This document shows positions 59,997-64,000 of a stretch of DNA of 64,000 bases, piece by piece (the stretch's first letter is position 1; each line of letters starts with the position of its first letter). The position numbers were made by a program, and so were the translations under genes. The stretch comes from an uncultured Flavobacteriaceae bacterium (GTDB taxonomy: Bacteria; Bacteroidota; Bacteroidia; Flavobacteriales; Flavobacteriaceae), in contig CAYVNR010000006.1 in assembly GCA_964453045.1 (NCBI GenBank), forward strand, positions 83,747 through 147,746, given 5' to 3'. The notes under the pieces were generated by a model that had not been told where the DNA came from, did no database searches, and saw only the letters and a program-made list of their open reading frames with translations.

Positions 59997-60135
59997 TAAC
60001 ATGATAGATAAAGTCGAACTTTCTGAAGACGTTACGGCATAACAAATGAGCCAATTTAACCAAAGAATACTGGATTATCCTTGTATATCAACGTAATACA
60101 AAAACCGCTGAAAACATTAGCGATTTTTGTAAAAA

Positions 60136-60151
60136 TTGTCCATATGGACAA
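60136..60151. promoter_or_regulatory. Perfect 16-bp palindrome TTGTCCATATGGACAA (also 60899-60914)
   Basis: Ends 3 bp before each unit junction; near-identical to 62186-62201. Confidence 0.65.
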
Positions 60152-60411
60152 GTTTGTGGTGTTAATCAAGAGACCAGCCGAACAATGAACCGCATAATTG
60201 TCTATTCGGATAAAAATACCTCCCCCATCATGCCCAAACCTATGAACGCGAAACAGATTAAAGAGTTCTATCACTTCTTGTATGGATGTTCTGAGTCACT
60301 ATCCAAGATAGTTTTGACTCAAGAGCACTTCAATACTGTTGATAGCTAGTTTCTTTTCTCGGTAAATAGTGTTTGCATTAAGGGATTATCCACTTATAAC
60401 GCAAACACACC

Positions 60412-60720
60412 ATGTATACACACCACCACCATAATCAACAAGGCAACCTAATCTTCCGTACCGGGACAGATAAAAAGGGGTACTCTTGCGAAGTGTACGA
60501 ACACATTCCATCACCCCAAGAGATCCACTATGCCAAACACCTCAAGACAGAACCTCTTGAGTTTATTACAGAACTTATGCCAACCAATTCATACTGTGAA
60601 CAGATATTGGCATCTGAAAAGCTTACCAACCTCGTTAGCCTGATGAACAAGATTAGTGCAAGGTTAACATCAGAGGAGAATGATGGGCAAGGAGAACCTA
60701 AGCAGATGCAGCTATTTTAA
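60412..60720 (+). CDS. 102-aa protein (copy 2, identical)
   Basis: Identical translation; lies inside repeat unit 2. Confidence 0.7.
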   Translation: MYTHHHHNQQGNLIFRTGTDKKGYSCEVYEHIPSPQEIHYAKHLKTEPLEFITELMPTNSYCEQILASEKLTNLVSLMNKISARLTSEENDGQGEPKQMQLF

Positions 60721-60917
60721 TGGTTCCATAACAACATCTATCTGACATGGTTATCCACATAACATGATAGATAAAGTCGAACTTTCTGAAGACGTTACGG
60801 CATAACAAATGAGCCAATTTAACCAAAGAATACTGGATTATCCTTGTATATCAACGTAATACAAAAACCGCTGAAAACATTAGCGATTTTTGTAAAAATT
60901 GTCCATATGGACAAGTT

Positions 60918-61124
60918 TGTGGTGTTAATCAAGAGACCAGCCGAACTATGAACCGCATAATTGTCTATTCGGACAAGAATACCTCTCCCATTATTCCTAA
61001 GCCAATGAATGAGGAGCAGATCAAAGCATTCTATCATTTTCTCTACAGATGCTCTGAATCTTTATTATTAATTAATTCTCTCCAAAATCTCTATGAACTA
61101 CCAACAGACAACCCAAATACCTAA
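60918..61124 (+). pseudogene. Diverged orphan 3' tail of a serine recombinase
   Basis: CGVNQETSRTMNRIIVYSDKNTSPIIPKPMNEEQIKAFYHFLYRCSESL..., 44/49 aa identical to the integrase 2 tail with about 18 synonymous changes. Confidence 0.8.
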
Positions 61125-61590
61125 CATTATCTTTGACACCTACCTCACTCAACTGTCGTTCTCAGAGCTAAAAATTCTGCTGTACATTGTTCGCCAAACC
61201 TACGGATGGAAACAAAAAAATGGCAAGAGAAAAAACCGTGACAGAATTACTTACGGCCAATTTCGATCCAAAACAGGGCTGTCCCGCAGAATCATTTCCC
61301 AGACGATTCAGTCGCTAATTGTCAAGCACCTTATCTCTGCTACCGATTACTACGGAAACAAGCTTCATACACCCCAAAAGCGCAAAGGAAAGGTAAGCAT
61401 TTACTACGCGCCCTCTATACAGACCTGCGCAAAACGAAGCACTAACCTGGGCAATCAGAAGCACATACCTATGCAGAATATGGTACATAACAAAACTAAC
61501 AGTACAAAACTAACAAGACAAAAGTCTTTTGAAAAAGTTACGAGACAATCAGATTACGAACGAGTCCAAGAACTGCTACAGGCTCGTTAG
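61093..61590 (+). CDS. Replication-initiator-like wHTH protein (phage O-like N-terminal family)
   Basis: TTQIPN...LSFSELKILLYIVRQTYGW...DRIT..QF..KTGLSR pattern. Confidence 0.72.
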   Translation: MNYQQTTQIPNIIFDTYLTQLSFSELKILLYIVRQTYGWKQKNGKRKNRDRITYGQFRSKTGLSRRIISQTIQSLIVKHLISATDYYGNKLHTPQKRKGKVSIYYAPSIQTCAKRSTNLGNQKHIPMQNMVHNKTNSTKLTRQKSFEKVTRQSDYERVQELLQAR

Positions 61591-62078
61591 GTTGTGCTTA
61601 TTGCAGTTCCACGTTCCTGATTATTCTCCTTTCCCATGAGATTTTTCAATGCTGTCAACCAATCAAAAAGATCCCCATTTGTCACTTGCAGATATGCTTC
61701 TTGTGCGACCGAACTCAAATCTGGAAAGTACGGTCGATTGACCACAAAGAGCTTTGGGTCGTCAATGGTCAACAAGTATGGTGGCGAGTTGAGCGCTTTG
61801 TAATAGTGCGCTTTTCCAAGCGCAACAACCCAATTTACAAACCCCTCAAATGCGGTGTCGTTGTCACCATACTTCATCATGTATGCTATTTCTCTCATGA
61901 ACGGTGACTTGAGCTGTTCCCTTAGTACCAGCATACGAGCATGAAACTCTGCGATATGCTTTACCGGTAAAGTCTGAAGAACGAAAAAAAGACTATCGCC
62001 CTGCCCGTTCATATCAATACTGTTCTTTTCTCTCCGTGATTGCTCAATAACGTTCCAAAACCTTTCCTCATTCATCAT
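61587..62078 (-). CDS. DUF4240-like protein
   Basis: MNEERFWNVIEQSR...F..W.VALGK..Y pattern. Confidence 0.7.
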   Translation of the reverse strand: MMNEERFWNVIEQSRREKNSIDMNGQGDSLFFVLQTLPVKHIAEFHARMLVLREQLKSPFMREIAYMMKYGDNDTAFEGFVNWVVALGKAHYYKALNSPPYLLTIDDPKLFVVNRPYFPDLSSVAQEAYLQVTNGDLFDWLTALKNLMGKENNQERGTAISTT

Positions 62079-62181
62079 AGTGAGTTCAGTATACCACTAT
62101 TAGCATTGAATTTCCCAAACCCATACTGTACGTGCCACCATTTCCACACCTTAATCACAGAACGTGGCACGACCACAAAAA

Positions 62182-62205
62182 AAAATTGTCCGTATGGACA
62201 ATTTT
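62182..62205. promoter_or_regulatory. Operator-like palindrome upstream of the XRE gene
   Basis: AAAATTGTCCGTATGGACAATTTT; 15/16 core identity to the unit-junction palindromes. Confidence 0.65.
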
Positions 62206-62298
62206 GCTATGCATAACAACGTCTTGGGATTCAGTTTTTGATTTCCTACAATTGAATGTGGCGATGAGAGCATAACCCTCATCGCCACAAACTTTACT

Positions 62299-62643
62299 AT
62301 GACCACAACACATACCCTAAGGCAGGTTCGCACCGATGCCGAAGTTACGCAACAGGATATCGCCTTCTTGCTCAACATGGATACAGGAAACCTCGCTCGG
62401 TACGAGCGAGAAAAACGAACGCCGACCCCACAGATACTATTGATGTACCATATCCTCTTTGGTGTGCCCATCTCAGAACTGCTGGCACCCCTGTTAAAAG
62501 AAGTGAAACAGTCACTGATTGAGCGAAGCTCTTTACTTCTTGCTGAACGTGATGTACAGCTAACACCAAAGAGTGTCCAGAGTACAGCATATATCAATGC
62601 CATTGTCAACGACTTAAAGAACACAAAAACGTATGACATCTAA
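62299..62643 (+). CDS. XRE-family HTH regulator
   Basis: LRQVR....VTQQDIAFLL.MDTGNLARYEREKRTP. Confidence 0.85.
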   Translation: MTTTHTLRQVRTDAEVTQQDIAFLLNMDTGNLARYEREKRTPTPQILLMYHILFGVPISELLAPLLKEVKQSLIERSSLLLAERDVQLTPKSVQSTAYINAIVNDLKNTKTYDI

Positions 62644-63145
62644 GCCTATCGAAAAGAAGAAGGAACAGTTGGTACTGGCACTGTACCCAAATGCCATTGG
62701 CTTTGGGTATGCCGTGATGACCAACGCACTGAATGTACTGGTGTCCCAGGTGGTAAACATACGTCCCATATCGAACAAGCAATCACTGAAGCGGATCAAG
62801 GAGATTATCAACTACTACGAACCAGAGATCATTGTCATTGAGGACTACCGAGGCATTGGCTCACGTAAGTCAAAGCGTATTCAGAAAGTGCTTGATAGCA
62901 TATATCTCTATGCTCAAAAGAAGCATTTGAAGGTTCGCAGATACTCACGTAATGATATACGCTATGTCTTTAGCAACTTCAATGCACATACCAAACACGA
63001 GATTGCCTGTGTGATTGCGGGCAATGTCAAGAACATGGAGCGTAAGTTACGGGAACCTCGCAAAATCAATGAATCTGAAAAGTACGTAGCTGGAGCCTTC
63101 GATGCCGTATCACTTGGTGTGACCCACTTTTATATGGATAACTAA
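62633..63145 (+). CDS. RNase H/RuvC-like fold protein
   Basis: LVLALYPNAIGFGYAVM, IIVIED and AFDAVSLG resemble RuvC motifs; overlaps the XRE stop. Confidence 0.55.
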   Translation: MTSKPIEKKKEQLVLALYPNAIGFGYAVMTNALNVLVSQVVNIRPISNKQSLKRIKEIINYYEPEIIVIEDYRGIGSRKSKRIQKVLDSIYLYAQKKHLKVRRYSRNDIRYVFSNFNAHTKHEIACVIAGNVKNMERKLREPRKINESEKYVAGAFDAVSLGVTHFYMDN

Positions 63146-63427
63146 AGCACCTTTAGGTGTTTTTATTAATCATTTTTACGTGAAATACCTGTTTTAAAAA
63201 AACATCAAAAATTTAAATAAAGAAGGGACATTGTAAAAACAGTCCAGTGTGATAGTAAAAGAAGGTATTGCTCATAAAATTATTCCTTACGAATTGTCTA
63301 TCATAGTTATAAGAATTCCACCTCAATTAAAAAACAAAAACAAAGTAGAATAAAAACACCTCAAAACATACATAGATATTAAGAGGTGCCATCAATTTAA
63401 AACATAAAAGAATTACATTTTAATGTT

Positions 63428-63922
63428 TTATATCTTAAAGGACATGCCAACCTTTAATAAGGCCAGTCCATAGCCCAGTTCAGCGAATGCACCTAAATTT
63501 TCTGACAGTTGATATCGCCCACCTGCGTGAAGTTCAAAATATATGGAGCTATCTACATATGGACCATCGTGACCGTCATAGCCCAAACCTGCACCGGTAT
63601 AAAAATTGAAACTCTCACTTTCCGTCCAGTAATAATTGGCAAAGCCTCCTATGGTTAGTCCATCGGTTTCAGTATTCTCGTCTGTAAAACTGACCTCTGG
63701 GGTAACGGTACTGTATGTTACGATTGCCCCTACAGAAAATGTCTCGTCCAAAAAGAATTCCGCTGTGGCACCAAACGAAGGCGTCTCTATATTATCGGAT
63801 CCCCTTGTCCCAGCTACGCCCAAAAAAGGGTTGAGTAGGGTTCCGCTCTTCTGTGCATAGCTCTGAATAGACATGAGTAGTGTAAGTACAAACGTTAGAT
63901 AATAAACTGTTTTTGTTTTCAT
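63428..63922 (-). CDS. Small outer-membrane beta-barrel protein
   Basis: Signal peptide, alternating aromatic strands, C-terminal KVGMSFKI. Confidence 0.82.
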   Translation of the reverse strand: MKTKTVYYLTFVLTLLMSIQSYAQKSGTLLNPFLGVAGTRGSDNIETPSFGATAEFFLDETFSVGAIVTYSTVTPEVSFTDENTETDGLTIGGFANYYWTESESFNFYTGAGLGYDGHDGPYVDSSIYFELHAGGRYQLSENLGAFAELGYGLALLKVGMSFKI

Positions 63923-64000
63923 TGGATTATATGGTTTTAGTTAATATGACTTCCTACCAATCATCTTTCTCGAGTGATATCTTTATGATTTTGTCTTCAA

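Larger units (their letters stand above)
59392..60917 (+). repeat. Tandem duplication of a 763-bp unit
   Basis: TGTGGTGTTAATCAAGAGACCAGCCGAAC starts at 59392, 60155 and 60918 (period 763); the first two units look identical by eye. Confidence 0.95.
20278..64000. mobile_element. Genomic island integrated in ssb (right boundary not found in window)
   Basis: Split ssb abuts a large serine recombinase; coupling-type ATPases, Rhs toxins, MTase, RadC, a second recombinase and a Rep-like gene follow. Composition is visibly heterogeneous (very AT-rich 49.5-54 kb, richer in GC 55-63 kb). Confidence 0.85.

Noticed and set aside
60056-61037. Two 72-aa minus-strand ORFs (60056-60274, 60819-61037)
   Set aside because: Antisense shadows of the recombinase tail; silent-site conservation is in the plus-strand frame.
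59392-61124. Repeats as a CRISPR array or DGR template/variable pair
   Set aside because: Units are 763 bp with no spacers; divergence is synonymous rather than adenine-specific; no cas or RT gene is present.
62151-62811. Minus-strand ORFs of 162, 72 and 65 aa
   Set aside because: Antisense to the XRE and RuvC-like genes, with no motifs.
63146-64000. Right attachment site of the island
   Set aside because: No 5' half of ssb or copy of the AATGG junction was found by eye; the boundary is probably outside the window.

Overview
AT-rich Flavobacteriaceae-type (Bacteroidota) chromosome. Bases 1-20.1 kb are ordinary core and metabolic genes (gmk end, nadD, yraN, metG, ppc, ferritin, several AraC modules). 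At about 20.3 kb a large genomic island begins. It is inserted inside an ssb gene: only the 3' half remains (20117-20299, missed by the ORF track), and the island's serine recombinase takes its stop codon from the ssb-like sequence. I could not find the right junction (5' half of ssb) by eye, so the island probably continues past 64 kb. Cargo: two signal-peptide-bearing Rhs polymorphic toxins with immunity candidates, each next to a small YD-repeat + T9SS-CTD protein; an unannotated 49-aa lipoprotein-type peptide ahead of a TPR-TM-HTH receptor, with related CCCCTAG-GGG motifs upstream of both Rhs loci; T9SS cargo; and several unknown genes. The right-hand backbone has an adenine MTase, RadC/JAB, a second coupling-type ATPase, a second serine recombinase, a Rep-like wHTH, an XRE protein and a RuvC-like protein. 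The 3' end of the second recombinase starts a 763-bp unit present twice in tandem, followed by a third, synonymously diverged recombinase tail. No tRNA, rRNA, CRISPR array or reverse transcriptase was seen. All family assignments come from motif recognition without database searches.
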